Below, piece after piece: positions 10,802 to 21,378 of a DNA stretch of 64,000 nucleotides; positions within the stretch are counted from its first letter, which is position 1, and every line of letters starts with the position of its first letter. The position numbers were made by a program, and so were the translations under genes. The notes beneath the pieces were generated by a model. The model saw nothing but the letters and a program-made list of their open reading frames with translations, was not told the origin of the DNA and ran no database searches. The DNA comes from Candidatus Eiseniibacteriota bacterium. GTDB taxonomy: Bacteria; Eisenbacteria; RBG-16-71-46; CAIMUX01; VGJL01. The stretch lies in assembly GCA_963792585.1 (NCBI GenBank), contig CAWBWI010000001.1, positions 256,001 to 320,000 of the forward strand, written 5' to 3'.

Positions 10802-11218
10802 ATGACCGCGATGAGCATGGGCCGAACCGCCTCCATAGTCCTTGGAGTCACGCTGGCTTTCATGCTCTGCCTGACGCAATCCGGCTGTGATGGGGAGAAG
10901 AGCCCAACTGGGGTGCGGGGCTTTTGCTGGATGGGCGTGGACACACTCTATGCGAGTGGCTTTGCCGTCACTGACACAACTGTCGTCCGCGCGGCCTTCG
11001 AAGCCTACATAGCCTTCGTTGACTCGACTGCTGCCGAGTTCCCTGGGGAATCAGATTGGACATACCTCGCCTCCCGTCCCTATTGGGTCTGGCGCGGACG
11101 AAGGTACTGGCAAGTCGACCACGAGGCCTACTCCCCTATTCTTGACATGAGGCTCTCGCGTCGAAAGACCTATGTTGATGAGAACGGAATGGTCGTGTGG
11201 CCGTTTCATTGCATTTGA
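10802..11218 (+). CDS. Cassette 1: putative lipoprotein
   Basis: Hydrophobic leader with lipobox-like QSGC. Starts 17 nt after the GTTAGAT core and is followed by an attC-like site. Confidence 0.65.
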   Translation: MTAMSMGRTASIVLGVTLAFMLCLTQSGCDGEKSPTGVRGFCWMGVDTLYASGFAVTDTTVVRAAFEAYIAFVDSTAAEFPGESDWTYLASRPYWVWRGRRYWQVDHEAYSPILDMRLSRRKTYVDENGMVVWPFHCI

Positions 11219-11234
11219 GGGTGTCCATGATGCT

Positions 11235-11368
11235 CCAATCTAGAAACCGTATTCACCTGACGCGCTGGCCCGTCACGGCCCTGGCAGAGAAGCATAGAAG
11301 GTCAAACCATCACCTCGGGCTGCGAGGGCCGTGCAGGCCTCGGGACACGGGTGATGGGAACGTTATGC
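11235..11368 (+). repeat. Degenerate attC-like site 1
   Basis: R''-like ccaatctaga, L'' attcacctg, internal ggccct/agggcc stem, L' gggtgatg, R' GTTATGC (11362-11368). Homologous to 12268-12400. Confidence 0.75.
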
Positions 11369-11386
11369 GCAAATGGAGAAGCGTTA

Positions 11387-12259
11387 ATGTCGCCTAATGA
11401 ATTCTCCCTGGTCTCCCTTGGGCCACTCACCCGACCCCTGACGAAGCTAATCGAGACGATCGGAGACGCCATAGGGGTCCTGTATGAGCCCACGCGGATT
11501 CGAAGGAAGGCAGAGGCTGAGGCCTCCGCCCTCATAATACAATCCCAAGCGGAAGCGGTAGCCGACTCGCTCGCACAGCGCGCCAATCGTCGCGTATGCC
11601 ATCAAGAGGAGAGACGCCAGACCAACCTTGAGAGCATTGTTGGAGTCGCCGCAACTAACCTCCCTGAGGTTGTATCAGACGATCCCGTTTCGCAAGACTG
11701 GGTCGCACACTTCATTGGTGCAGCTCAAGATGTCGGTGACGCGGAACTCCAGAGACTCTGGAGCAGAGTCCTTGCTGGCGAGGTGACGACACCAGGATCC
11801 TATTCGCGACGCACCATTGAGAGTCTGCGTATGGCAAGTCGGGATGACGGACGCCTCTTTGAGATTGCTGCGAACCATGCCACGAGACTTGCCGACCGCT
11901 CGGTCATCATAACAAACGCGACATGTCGAGAATATCTCCAAGGCGCTGGGCTATACGCGGCAGCATGCGACCATCTCATCGCCATCGGACTTCTTAGAGA
12001 TGGGCTAGTCTTTCCCCTAAAGAAGGACTCTCCTGTTCAGATTTCCTACTTCCTCAATGCGTGCGCAGTCGTTGCCGCCGCGGATGGGAAGAGCTGGAAT
12101 GCCAACATCGATTTCTACCACTTCACCGCGACTGGTGAGGAGATCTTGCGTCTGTGCCAAACGACATTTCAGCAGGGATACTGGGATGCGGTTATAGCAG
12201 CACTGCGGGCCAATGATGCACTGGTTGTAACCGTTATTGAGACTAGGACCTCCCAATGA
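11387..12259 (+). CDS. Cassette 2: DUF2806-like protein
   Basis: KLIETIGDAIGVLYEPTRIRRKAEAEA, RRQTNLESIV, DWVAHF..AQDV.D.ELQRLWSRVLAGEV..PGSYS pattern, recognised from family knowledge. Confidence 0.75.
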   Translation: MSPNEFSLVSLGPLTRPLTKLIETIGDAIGVLYEPTRIRRKAEAEASALIIQSQAEAVADSLAQRANRRVCHQEERRQTNLESIVGVAATNLPEVVSDDPVSQDWVAHFIGAAQDVGDAELQRLWSRVLAGEVTTPGSYSRRTIESLRMASRDDGRLFEIAANHATRLADRSVIITNATCREYLQGAGLYAAACDHLIAIGLLRDGLVFPLKKDSPVQISYFLNACAVVAAADGKSWNANIDFYHFTATGEEILRLCQTTFQQGYWDAVIAALRANDALVVTVIETRTSQ

Positions 12260-12267
12260 TAATAGGG

Positions 12268-12400
12268 GCGTATCAGTCTCGCATTCACTTGCCCGGCTGG
12301 TCCGTCACGGCCCCGGTAGGAGAACGCAAGAGGTTGAACGATCACCTCGGGCTGCTGGGGCCGCGGCGACGTCAGCTCGCAGATGATGCCAACGTTGGTC
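12268..12400 (+). repeat. Degenerate attC-like site 2
   Basis: gcattcacttgc ... gcagatgatgc L''/L' pair with a bulged base, R' GTTGGTC (12394-12400). Shares gtcacggccc and atcacctcgggctgc with site 1. Confidence 0.75.
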
Positions 12401-12416
12401 GGAACGGACGTGCTAC

Positions 12417-13193
12417 ATGAGGCGGAAGCTCTGGAGAGTTGGGAAGTTCGTGCTCGGTCTCTTGACGGCGGCCGTCGCGATAATTCAGATCGCGTCGTGG
12501 ATCGGCGCACCTCGCTCAAGTCTCGTAGCGGACGTCAGCTTTGCCCCGCTCACGCTCCCAGACGCCCTCGACAAGCAGATCAGGGGCTTTCGCGACCTAA
12601 CCAGTGATTCCGTTCTCGCCCGGGGGGTGACTCGCGAGTACCTGGACCCGAAACTGATTGAGCGATACGGTGCAGATTACGTAGCTCGGCTGACGGTTGC
12701 AGCGATCGCGCGCCAACTGTCGGACCGTCTCCCTTATGGACTCCCCGAGCCTTTCCGTGACTTCAGAGGAGTGTGGCGCGTGGCCGTGGAGAACCGAGGG
12801 CGACGCGCGGCGTCCGGCGTGCGCCTGCTTCTTCCGAACGCGATCTATGCTCGCATACGTCATGAAGACGGCACTGAGTCCGAGGGACCAACTTCCCCCC
12901 TGCTTTATCTCAACGACTTAGCTCCGAAGGAGATAATGGTTGTCGATGCCTGGACGGACATTGAACCAGGAGAATTCATTGCGAGATCCATCAGACTCAC
13001 GCACGACTCCGGACTTGGCAGAGTCCGCCTTTCGGTTCCAACCAGCGGGGCGTGGCACTGGCTCTCGGAAAACCCTGGAACAGCACTTTGGCTCGTCGCC
13101 AGCGTTTGCATGTTCCTCGTCTCTCTCTACTCTTTCTTTCGTACTGCAAGACCGAGCCAACCAACAGAGGCGAAGCATGCAGGAGCCGACTAG
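12417..13193 (+). CDS. Cassette 3: hypothetical protein with N- and C-terminal TM helices
   Basis: 258-aa ORF that fills the interval between attC-like sites 2 and 3; two hydrophobic segments. Confidence 0.65.
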   Translation: MRRKLWRVGKFVLGLLTAAVAIIQIASWIGAPRSSLVADVSFAPLTLPDALDKQIRGFRDLTSDSVLARGVTREYLDPKLIERYGADYVARLTVAAIARQLSDRLPYGLPEPFRDFRGVWRVAVENRGRRAASGVRLLLPNAIYARIRHEDGTESEGPTSPLLYLNDLAPKEIMVVDAWTDIEPGEFIARSIRLTHDSGLGRVRLSVPTSGAWHWLSENPGTALWLVASVCMFLVSLYSFFRTARPSQPTEAKHAGAD

Positions 13194-13250
13194 CTGCCGC
13201 ATTCACCCTCCCGCGCTGGGCCGTCGCGGGCCCGGCAAGACAGCATACAA
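13186..13250 (+). repeat. Truncated attC-like site 3 (left arm only)
   Basis: ccgactagc-tgcc-gcattcaccctcccgcgctgggccgtcgcgggcccggca matches the left arms of sites 1 and 2. No right arm seen. Confidence 0.65.
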
Positions 13251-13356
13251 GCAGGATTATCCCCTGAAGTCGTCACGGACGCGCCGGACGCGATAGGCGA
13301 TAGTGGGAGCAGTGGATCAAAGAGATCCGCTATGGTGAATTGGAGGACCCAGTAAA

Positions 13357-14553
13357 ATGATACCTACTGCGCCAGTTGTCATGATTAGTTCCACGTTCTT
13401 CGACTTGAAACAAATCCGGTCGGATCTAACGAACTTCCTGACGACCGAAATGGGATATCAGGCGCTGCTCTCGGAGTTGGATTCGTTCCCGATTGATCCA
13501 GATGTGTCGACGGTCGAGAACTGCCGGCGACGGGTCGAGCTAGATGCCAATATTCTCGTCCTCGTCATCGGGGGCCGGTTTGGATCGATGGACAAGGGCA
13601 CGGGGACATCTGTGACCAACCTCGAATATCTCGCGGCTCGGGCCAAAGGAATCCCCATATATGCATACGTAGAGAAGCGAGTGCTTGCAATGTTGCCCCT
13701 CTGGAGGCGCAACCCAGATATGGACTTTGGGACCGAGATCGATGATGCGAGGCTCCTGAAGTTTGTCGAGCAGGTCAGAACGATCGATGGAGTGTGGATG
13801 CAAGAGTTCGAGACTGCGCAACACATTGTCACGAGCCTTCGCAGTCAATTCGCCCATCTTGCACGGCAGGGTGTCTCCTGGTTCATGATGACCAGTTCTC
13901 AGAAGATGGCAGGAATCGCCAGGAATCTGTCGGGGGAGGCGCTTCGGCTGTGTCTACAGAAGCCGACCGCTTGGGAGTACCTACTTTTGGGTCAGGTGAT
14001 CGAGGACGGAATCGATGAAGTCAGAGATCTTAGGATGGAATATCAGCTTGGACTTGCCATCGGCATCGCCGAGTATGTCCCGGAATTCGATATGCAGTCA
14101 TGGAGCCGCCCCCGCATGGCGGAGCTGAATCGAATCATTGCTGCGTTGCACATCATGTTTGGGAACGAACTGCGCGAAGCAACGGGACCTCCTGGCGCAC
14201 CCGGTGACGCTGCCCGCATAGTCTTCCTCGCGAAGGGAATCGTTGCATGCTACGTGGAAGCCTTGAGCTGGAGTCAACGAATTCGGCGAGCAGCTCCACA
14301 TGAAGCGTTCGCTCCGGCGGTAAAGGAGATGGCACGTTTTGCGGATGACCTGATCGAGAAGGTCGGGGGGTACGGAAGGTTGTTGATTGATCGAACGAAT
14401 GAAGCAGTCCCGAGAATGCTCGAGGGTGAGCACGTAACCATCGAGGCGAATCTGCAGGTAGACTTCGGAGGAAACGTCGAGGCGTTCAAAGTCGCTCTGA
14501 AGGCGGGCGCCGCAAAGCTCGGCATACCGTGGGAGGGTGACGCCTCTGAATAG
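13357..14553 (+). CDS. DUF4062 (TIR-like) domain protein
   Basis: VMISSTFFDLKQIR...CRRRV...ILVLVIGGRFGS...SVTNLEYLAARAKGIPIYAY; GGAGG RBS. Confidence 0.8.
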   Translation: MIPTAPVVMISSTFFDLKQIRSDLTNFLTTEMGYQALLSELDSFPIDPDVSTVENCRRRVELDANILVLVIGGRFGSMDKGTGTSVTNLEYLAARAKGIPIYAYVEKRVLAMLPLWRRNPDMDFGTEIDDARLLKFVEQVRTIDGVWMQEFETAQHIVTSLRSQFAHLARQGVSWFMMTSSQKMAGIARNLSGEALRLCLQKPTAWEYLLLGQVIEDGIDEVRDLRMEYQLGLAIGIAEYVPEFDMQSWSRPRMAELNRIIAALHIMFGNELREATGPPGAPGDAARIVFLAKGIVACYVEALSWSQRIRRAAPHEAFAPAVKEMARFADDLIEKVGGYGRLLIDRTNEAVPRMLEGEHVTIEANLQVDFGGNVEAFKVALKAGAAKLGIPWEGDASE

Positions 14554-14765
14554 ACGGAACCGCTTGGCGGGAGTCTTCAAACAACCGGGACCCATCGATA
14601 GATGTGGAGAGCTGGCCGTTCTGCGGGTAGGGAGCACCCCGATGTAAGAAGGAGCCCGTAGGCGGGGCGCTCCACTCGCATCAGACCATGCGCGGTCAGG
14701 TCGCGCAGGAGGCACTCCGCCATAGTGGTTCTGTTGGTGATTGCCCAAGGCGAGGAGGACTGACG

Positions 14766-15044
14766 ATGAGGATCAGCTTTGCCCATATTCGCGAACGAGC
14801 GACTTCTGGAGGCTGGATTGATTTTGCGGTGTTCGATGCCCATTCTACCTCAAGCACCGACGAGGCGAACGCGGAGGTTCTTGGCGAACTCACCACGAAG
14901 GCCAGGCTAGCCGGGTTCAAGATTGACCAGTCCGCATTGGCATTCAGTGAACATGGCAGCGTGAAGTTCTACGGAACGAAGAACCTCGTCGAACACCTAG
15001 CGAAGGTCGGACTTCCGCCGTGGACCCATTGGATAGACCTGTAG
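14766..15044 (+). CDS. Small hypothetical protein
   Basis: Strong GAGGAGG RBS; 92 aa of globular-looking sequence. Confidence 0.65.
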   Translation: MRISFAHIRERATSGGWIDFAVFDAHSTSSTDEANAEVLGELTTKARLAGFKIDQSALAFSEHGSVKFYGTKNLVEHLAKVGLPPWTHWIDL

Positions 15045-15211
15045 GCCCTCCTTGGGGCAGGTGGCGTTCGTGAGACAAGGACGGAGCGGGACGTAGAAAG
15101 GGTTTGATGGGGTGGTTCCCGACGAATGCGATTTCAGAAGGCTGGAGGAATGTCGGTTCGGGGGCAACCGTGAGAACATGCTAGCGGGCTGCCCTTCTGT
15201 AGATCCTGCGC

Positions 15212-15343
15212 ATCGCGGTTCACTCACCGCATCGGTACATATCATCAGACAGCGGCCCGGCCGCAAAGCGGAGGGCGTTGTGGGTGTTGCGAAGGCAACC
15301 CTGAGGCGCGTTTTCGTGTTTTGCCCGCCGAATCGCAAGGCCC
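15212..15343 (+). repeat. Dispersed non-coding repeat family D, copy 1
   Basis: Matches 61444-61578. A 37-nt core gcaaagcggaRggcgttgtgggtgttgcgaaggcaac has one mismatch. Confidence 0.85.
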
Positions 15344-15405
15344 ATGGGAACTACCGATCCGGGAAGGTTGCGCACCAGCATGGGCGGGCATATCCTGCGG
15401 TACTG

Positions 15406-15930
15406 ATGACCGCGAAGCCTCCCGACCGCTCGTCTCGGATGCTGGAAATCCTCAGACAAGCGAAGACCCTTGCCCGGGAGTACTACGCCCTTACAGGGCG
15501 GCCCCTGGGCATCACAGGGGAAGTGGCGGAGCTCGAAGCAGCGAGACTGCTCGGAGTCGAACTCGCGGATGTCCGGCAATCCGGATTCGATGCCATTCGG
15601 CGGTCCGGAGAAGGTGTCGTCAGGCTGCAGATCAAGGGGCGCTGCTACGGGCCTGATGCGAAGCCTGGCCAGCGGCTCGGGTCAATTCAGCTTGCGAAGG
15701 AGTGGGATGCCGTCCTCCTGGTGTTGCTCGATCTTGACTACGAGGCTCGCGAGATCTGGGAGGCGGATCGAAGATCAATCACCGAAGCACTCACGAAGCC
15801 TGGCTCCATCGCACGAAACCAACGAGGCGCGTTGGGCGTTCAGCAGTTCAAACGAATCGGCAGGCAGGTATGGAAGAGCGATGCGATCTCGGCGAATGAT
15901 CAAGCTTCAGGTGACGTGGGAGACATCTGA
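15406..15930 (+). CDS. Putative PD-(D/E)XK nuclease-fold protein
   Basis: GEVAE...GFDA...LQIKGR catalytic-like arrangement. Confidence 0.6.
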   Translation: MTAKPPDRSSRMLEILRQAKTLAREYYALTGRPLGITGEVAELEAARLLGVELADVRQSGFDAIRRSGEGVVRLQIKGRCYGPDAKPGQRLGSIQLAKEWDAVLLVLLDLDYEAREIWEADRRSITEALTKPGSIARNQRGALGVQQFKRIGRQVWKSDAISANDQASGDVGDI

Positions 15931-15989
15931 CATGTGGATCGGCCACATTGAGACGAGGCTTCACGTCAGCCGGTAATAGGGGGTTGGTC

Positions 15990-16992
15990 TTGCGCTTGCC
16001 CGACTACGTTCCACCCCATGCATTTGTTCTTGGAAGCGGCTTCTCCGCAAGCTTTGGGATCAAGACTCTCACGGGCCTCTTCGCTGCCGTTATGCAAGGC
16101 GAGGCTCGCGAAGGAGAGGAAGACGAAGCAGTCATCAATGGTGCGGTGGGAACCCTCTACCCCCACTTCCGACCAGAGCTTTCACCACCACATTATCCTC
16201 CCTTCGAGGAAATTCTACAGTCTCGTCGATTCTGCTATGGAGTTTGAGTTCCTGGACGCGGGCCACTGGGAAGACGTTCGTTTGAGATCCCTGAGACTCC
16301 TAACCGACTACTTGGCGTCGGCGGGCCAGGCGGGCGAGGGACATGAAGCGCTCCAAGCCTTTGTGAAGAAACTGCGACCAGGCGATGTTGTGATTACCTT
16401 CAATTGGGACAATCTGATCGAGAGAGCCCTCTACCTGCTCGGGACGGAGGTTTCTTTCACCGCCGATCCCGCGAAGATCACCGTGCTCAAGCTGCACGGG
16501 AGTATCAATTGGTTCGAACCTCCTTCGGGAACTGCTGCGAAGACCCCAGAACTTGTGGAGACACTCACCGAGGGGATACTCCGTACCAAGGACTATCGCT
16601 ATTACGATGTGTGGACGGGCTTGAATAGACCGCCACTGATTCTGCCCCCGGTGGCCTGGAAGCGAATTCGCTCCACGCCGTTCTTCGGAGCCCTTTGGAC
16701 GATGGCGGTGCGAGCCCTAGTTCGAGCGAGACAGGTGGCTTTCATTGGCTATTCGATTCCGCGTGACGATCTCCAAGCGCGCGCTCTCCTCACTACGGGA
16801 TGGGGGGCTCGTCGCATTGGTAGTATGGTCCAAGACCAGCCAACGCTCGAGTACACCCTCGTTGACCCTGAGCCGAGCATTTGTGGCAGGTACGCATCTC
16901 TGCTACAACCAACGGTGCGCTACATCCAGGCGGAGTTCAGCGCGGATTGCATTCCCCTGCTCTTCCATGAAGACGCTGTGGAAGCCTCATGA
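15990..16992 (+). CDS. SIR2-like (SIR2_2) domain protein, one indel near 16210
   Basis: FVLGSGFS (ORF 15948-16247), then ITFNWD, LKLHGSINW, LILPP and FIGYSIP (ORF 16018-16992). Confidence 0.8.
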
Positions 16993-17028
16993 GAATGCCC
17001 CAAAGCGGCTGCCTCGTTCGGGAAGCTA

Positions 17029-17526
17029 TCACGAGGGGCTTGATGGCTGCGTGCACCCTCCGGCCTTGGTCCTGCCGAGATGCGGCTGGAGGACTTGCTC
17101 CCACATTCTTGACTGCGTACTCCAGTCCACCTCGGCCACGATGCCTCGCAGGCTTCGCTCCGTGACGACATCGCGGCCTCCATGCACCTGGGGCATGAAC
17201 AGGATCGCCTCCTGGATGGATGGCGCGAGATCGAGTAGTGCCATGATCTGGGAGACCCGCGCCTTGCTAACGCCGCCGAGCCGGGCGATGTCCCCACATT
17301 CGCGGATGGCACCCTTTCGAATCATGCCATCGAAGTGGATCGCCAGCGCCATGAGGCGGGAGATGCGAGGGATGCGCCCCGGCTCGGCGGCCTTCGGCGG
17401 TTTGGGCGTCCCCGTGCGCATCCGTTTTCGACCACGGTTCCCACTCCGGAAGTGGACGTCGAACGTGACCGTCGGGCCCACGTGTGCGCCCGTGTGCGCG
17501 CCTGGGGCCACCTGTCGTGCCTTCAT
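17029..17526 (-). CDS. HTH-like hypothetical protein that accompanies DUF2924/serine recombinase modules
   Basis: GRIPRISRLMALAIHFD...IARLGGVSKARVSQIMALLDLAPSIQEAILF; translationally coupled to the recombinase. Confidence 0.75.
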   Translation of the reverse strand: MKARQVAPGAHTGAHVGPTVTFDVHFRSGNRGRKRMRTGTPKPPKAAEPGRIPRISRLMALAIHFDGMIRKGAIRECGDIARLGGVSKARVSQIMALLDLAPSIQEAILFMPQVHGGRDVVTERSLRGIVAEVDWSTQSRMWEQVLQPHLGRTKAGGCTQPSSPS

Positions 17527-19068
17527 CCCATCTCCTGCGCCAGGACCTTGATCCCGCCCGGCCGGAACGTCACGGAGACCGTCTCGCCCGCCCGGTCATA
17601 CGCCACGCGTTCCACGAGGAGGTGGACGACGCGGGCCTGTTCCCTCGGAGAGAGGGTGTCCCAGATCGGGTCGAAGCTCGCGAGTGCCGTCACCAGGTCC
17701 GCTTCGTCAAGCCGCTCGCGTTCCAGCGCGACTTGGTGGGTGCGAATCTCCGCGAGCCGCTGCTCTGCGGCGGTGGTCAGTTCCTGCAGTTCGGCCAGCC
17801 GGGCCGTGGACGTTGACGCACGCTTGGTCAATCCCACAAGTCGCTTCACATCAGTGGCGTGCCGTCTCAATTCCGATTCAATGCTGCGGCGATCCGAGGT
17901 CAGACGGTCAGCTTGCTCTTTGGTGGCGGCCTTCGCTTGTTTCAGCACCTCGGCCTGGAGCGTCGCGTCGGTACCGATCGCCCGAACGCGGTCGACCACG
18001 AATTTCTCGATCTCCCCCGCTGGAAGTGACTTCGTCGGGCAGGTGTCCCATCCCTGCTTCTGCGCCCGGCTGCAGACGTAGTACCGGTACCGGCGCTCGC
18101 CCCGCTGTGAGTAGGTGTGCGTCATCGCGGCATCGCAGGGTGCGCAGCGGAGGAGCCCCCGGAGCAGCGCCCCGTGCCGGTTTCGGGTCGCCCGTCCGCC
18201 CGATCGGCCGTTGTGTCGCAGGAGCCTCTGCACACGGCCCCAGACGGCCTCATCCACGATCGCCGCGTGCTCGCCGGGATAGACCGTGCCTCGGTGGTCG
18301 ACCTTCCCGACGTAGGTCGGACTCGTCAGCAGGTGGAAGAGGGTGTTCTTCTCGAACGGGGTGCCGCCTCGCGCCTTGCCCTTCTTGGTGACCCACGCCT
18401 TCGTCATCCAATGGCGACGATTCGCCTCCCGGAGGGTCTCCGTAAGAGACTCCTTCTCGAGGTACAGATCGAAGATCCCCCGGACCCGCTTGGCCTCGGC
18501 CTCGTTGACGACGATTCGTCCGCCCTTTGGGTCGACGTCGTAGCCGAGGACCGGGACGCCACCGACCCACTTGCCCTTCCGGCGAGCGGCGGACATCTTG
18601 TCCCGCGTTCTTTCCGCGATGATCTCGCGCTCGAACTGGGCGAAGGAGAGGAGCACGTTCTGCATCAGCCGGCCAGTGGAGGTCGACGTGTTGAACTGCT
18701 GGGTCACGCTCGACGAAAGAGACCCGGTGCTTGTCCAGGACCTCCATGATCCGGGCGAAATCGAGGAGCGACCGGGACAGCCGGTCGACCTTGTAGACAA
18801 CGACGCAGTCGATGCGCCCCGCCTCGACGTCGGCCATCAGCCGCCTCAGCGCGGGCCGGTCCATGTTCCCGCCCGTGAACCCACCGTCGTCGTAGGCGTC
18901 GGGCAGGCAGACCCAGCCTTCAAGCTTCTGGGATGCGATGTACGCTTCAGCCGCCTCCCGCTGGGCATCGAGGGAGTTGAACTCCTGGTCGAGCCCCTCC
19001 TCTGTGGATTTGCGGGTGTACACGGCGCAGCGGGTCGTGGTGGGCTTGGGGTCAGCGCGGCGGATCAT
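17523..19068 (-). CDS. Large serine recombinase (resolvase + recombinase + Zn-ribbon), one indel near 18710
   Basis: [63 protein letters not shown] and YRYYVC across ORFs 18250-19068 and 17523-18800. Confidence 0.92.
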
Positions 19069-19544
19069 CGGGTGGCTCCCTTCGCCAGCCCGAAGAACAA
19101 CATCCCGTTCCAGTGACTGCCTGTCACCGCCTTAGCCACCGCCGTCAGCGACCGGTAGACCGCGCCCTCGTACTCGAAGCCATCGTCCAGCACGGTGACC
19201 GAGATCGTGCGACCCCGGTACTCGCGGGTCAGAACGGCACCGGGCATGGGCAGGCGGTGGTCGTGCGTCGGTTTGAAGGTCCCGACCACGGTGCGCCCCA
19301 CGCCAGCCCTGGGGGCGACCAGGCGCAGGTCGGACTCGTTCGCCAGTTCCTCCGCCCGGCGCAGTGCCCGCTCGCTCAGCCCGCCGTACTCGTTCGCCTG
19401 GAGCCTCCACGCGATGCGCTTGCGTAGGAAGTCCTTGTGGCGGGAGGTCGTCGGCTCACCGAATGCCGCTGCATATGCCCCCCGTAGCTCCACGACGGTC
19501 AAGTCCCGAAGTGCCTCGATCTGCTTGGCGATGGATTCCTTCAT
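19065..19544 (-). CDS. DUF2924 domain protein
   Basis: [62 protein letters not shown]. Confidence 0.9.
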   Translation of the reverse strand: MKESIAKQIEALRDLTVVELRGAYAAAFGEPTTSRHKDFLRKRIAWRLQANEYGGLSERALRRAEELANESDLRLVAPRAGVGRTVVGTFKPTHDHRLPMPGAVLTREYRGRTISVTVLDDGFEYEGAVYRSLTAVAKAVTGSHWNGMLFFGLAKGATR

Positions 19545-19855
19545 CGTGCAGCCTCCTGGGGCGCGGATTCTCCGCCCGTTAACCCCTCGTTACACAAGGG
19601 CATCGGTCCGCCGGAACAGTCCAGAGGATTCTCGGTGAACGGGCGGGTCCTAAGGCGCTGGTAGCCTGCTGCCAGGATCGCGGCCGTCTCGGACAACCGT
19701 TGCTCGGGCGACATTTCCTCGGGGTCGTCAAGGAAGCTCGTGCATCGAGGTCTGCCACCACGACACGACACACCTGGACCACGCAGATTCTCCGCATGCG
19801 TCTCCGCCTGTGGCGGGGGACCCTCATCTTGTGTGCACGAGTCATCGCTAGCCAT
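19541..19855 (-). CDS. Small hypothetical protein preceding DUF2924 (start uncertain)
   Basis: DPEEMSPEQRLSETAAILAAGYQRLR segment; stop overlaps the DUF2924 start. Confidence 0.5.
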   Translation of the reverse strand: MASDDSCTQDEGPPPQAETHAENLRGPGVSCRGGRPRCTSFLDDPEEMSPEQRLSETAAILAAGYQRLRTRPFTENPLDCSGGPMPLCNEGLTGGESAPQEAAR

Positions 19856-19910
19856 CTTGTATGTCCTCCAGAGGCGGTGCGCCGCCTACAGGAGGAACCT
19901 AGGTGACGAG

Positions 19911-19926
19911 AAAGAATCGATTCTTT
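19911..19926. promoter_or_regulatory. Perfect 16-bp palindrome AAAGAATCGATTCTTT, candidate operator
   Basis: AT-rich palindrome upstream of the integrase operon. A related site GAATGAATCGTTTCTTC lies at 21488-21504. Confidence 0.55.
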
Positions 19927-20058
19927 TGTGGTAGGGGCGACCCGCGTGTTGGCCCCACGCGAGGGGGCGGCAGGGGGGACGGAGCGCCTCTCCAGTCGGT
20001 CGTCGTCGCCCTGGATCGGGGGAAGCAAAGGGCTATGTCGTTGGCCCAGACATCCAGA

Positions 20059-21378
20059 TTATCCCCAGAGCTTCGTGAGCGGGGGCAGCAATAGCTCCTT
20101 GCGCGTTGTCCTGAAGGTCGCCCGCATTTCGCTCAGAGACCGATATCTCCACTTCGGATGCTTGGCAACCCAGCGCTTGGCGACCTCTTCCCACGGGAAA
20201 GGCGCACCATCTTCCTCGATCTCTTCCCATGACTTTCCTACGAACTTGTCACGGTATTCCTCGACGAAGTCAAAGAGGCGGAGCCTTCGTTCCTCTACCA
20301 ACCTGAGTTGCCGGCTGCTGCTCATCCGTCGTGCGCTGTGGAAAGCGTTCAGCAGGGTCTCGTCCGTAATCCACGGCTCGAACTCCATGGTCACTATCAT
20401 CCGGCGATGATGGGGCGAGTGCAGGGCCGCGAAGTTCAGGTCAATGGGCAGTACCAAGGGGATTCTACCCTCAGTGAGAAAGAGAAAGGACTCCGTCTCC
20501 GTCCAGTGGTACGACGCAGCAATGTGTGACGCGACCCGCTGCATCTCCCCAAAGACGGAGCCCTCAATCACCCGCGCCGGCGACCACTGGAATACGTAAG
20601 ACGCGCGAAGACTCTTCGGAAGGTCATTGCGGCTGCGCACGGGGATTCTCACGGGCCTCCGCCGAGATCCTCCCACACTCCGGGCAGAGGAGAAGATGCC
20701 ATCAGGAGGCTGAGGCAGTTGGACGTACACGCCTCGCTCGGCGAATCCCGCTGCGAGTCGATTCAAATTCCTAAGGCGGCGCAAGTTGCCACCCCATTCA
20801 ACCCGGATCTCTGTTCCCTTTCCCCTCGGCCAAGCGACGTCCCCCTGGTTCCAGAAGTACGATGTGTGTTCCAGCAGGGGGACTCGATTCTTGACGAACC
20901 AATCGAGGGGAAAGTACCTCGGTGCGACTTGGAGCAAAAGGTGTTCGGCCTGATCGTGCGTGGGCACGTGACCACCGAACAGGGAGGTTCGCAGATCCTG
21001 GACTTCAGGCTCGCGAGATGCGAATCGGCCGAGTTCTCGTGAGAAGATCTTGGCCCGAAGCTTTTCAGGCGGAGTCAGCTTGGGCTGGTTCTTGGTGCCG
21101 CTCTTCTGGCCGACTCTCCGCCCCGGCATTGTCGTGCGAGCACTCCGTGCACGGCTGACGAGCATCCTGAATTGTGCCTTGCCTGAGTTCATCAAGTAGT
21201 CCCGGATTTCGCTATCCAACTCGTTCTCTTCGAGAGTCCTACTGTCACTCCTGGCGGCGCCAAGCTCGGCGACTAGCCGCCTTTCTACCGCCTCCCTGTT
21301 CGTGGGATAGCCGACTTCCATCCGATGCTCCTCCAGGATTGAAGTATCTGGATCCCGCATGCGGCCGTTCGATGACAC
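20059..21378 (-). CDS. Hypothetical protein, possible regulator (C-terminal HTH-like helices)
   Basis: 439-aa ORF divergent from the xis/primase operon; C-terminal WEEVAKRW...SLSEMRATF. Confidence 0.6.
   Translation of the reverse strand: MSSNGRMRDPDTSILEEHRMEVGYPTNREAVERRLVAELGAARSDSRTLEENELDSEIRDYLMNSGKAQFRMLVSRARSARTTMPGRRVGQKSGTKNQPKLTPPEKLRAKIFSRELGRFASREPEVQDLRTSLFGGHVPTHDQAEHLLLQVAPRYFPLDWFVKNRVPLLEHTSYFWNQGDVAWPRGKGTEIRVEWGGNLRRLRNLNRLAAGFAERGVYVQLPQPPDGIFSSARSVGGSRRRPVRIPVRSRNDLPKSLRASYVFQWSPARVIEGSVFGEMQRVASHIAASYHWTETESFLFLTEGRIPLVLPIDLNFAALHSPHHRRMIVTMEFEPWITDETLLNAFHSARRMSSSRQLRLVEERRLRLFDFVEEYRDKFVGKSWEEIEEDGAPFPWEEVAKRWVAKHPKWRYRSLSEMRATFRTTRKELLLPPLTKLWG

Noticed and set aside
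14554..14765. Further attC sites after DUF4062 and later genes
   Set aside because: No gcattcacc/ggtgatgc arms or matching R'/R'' pairs could be found.
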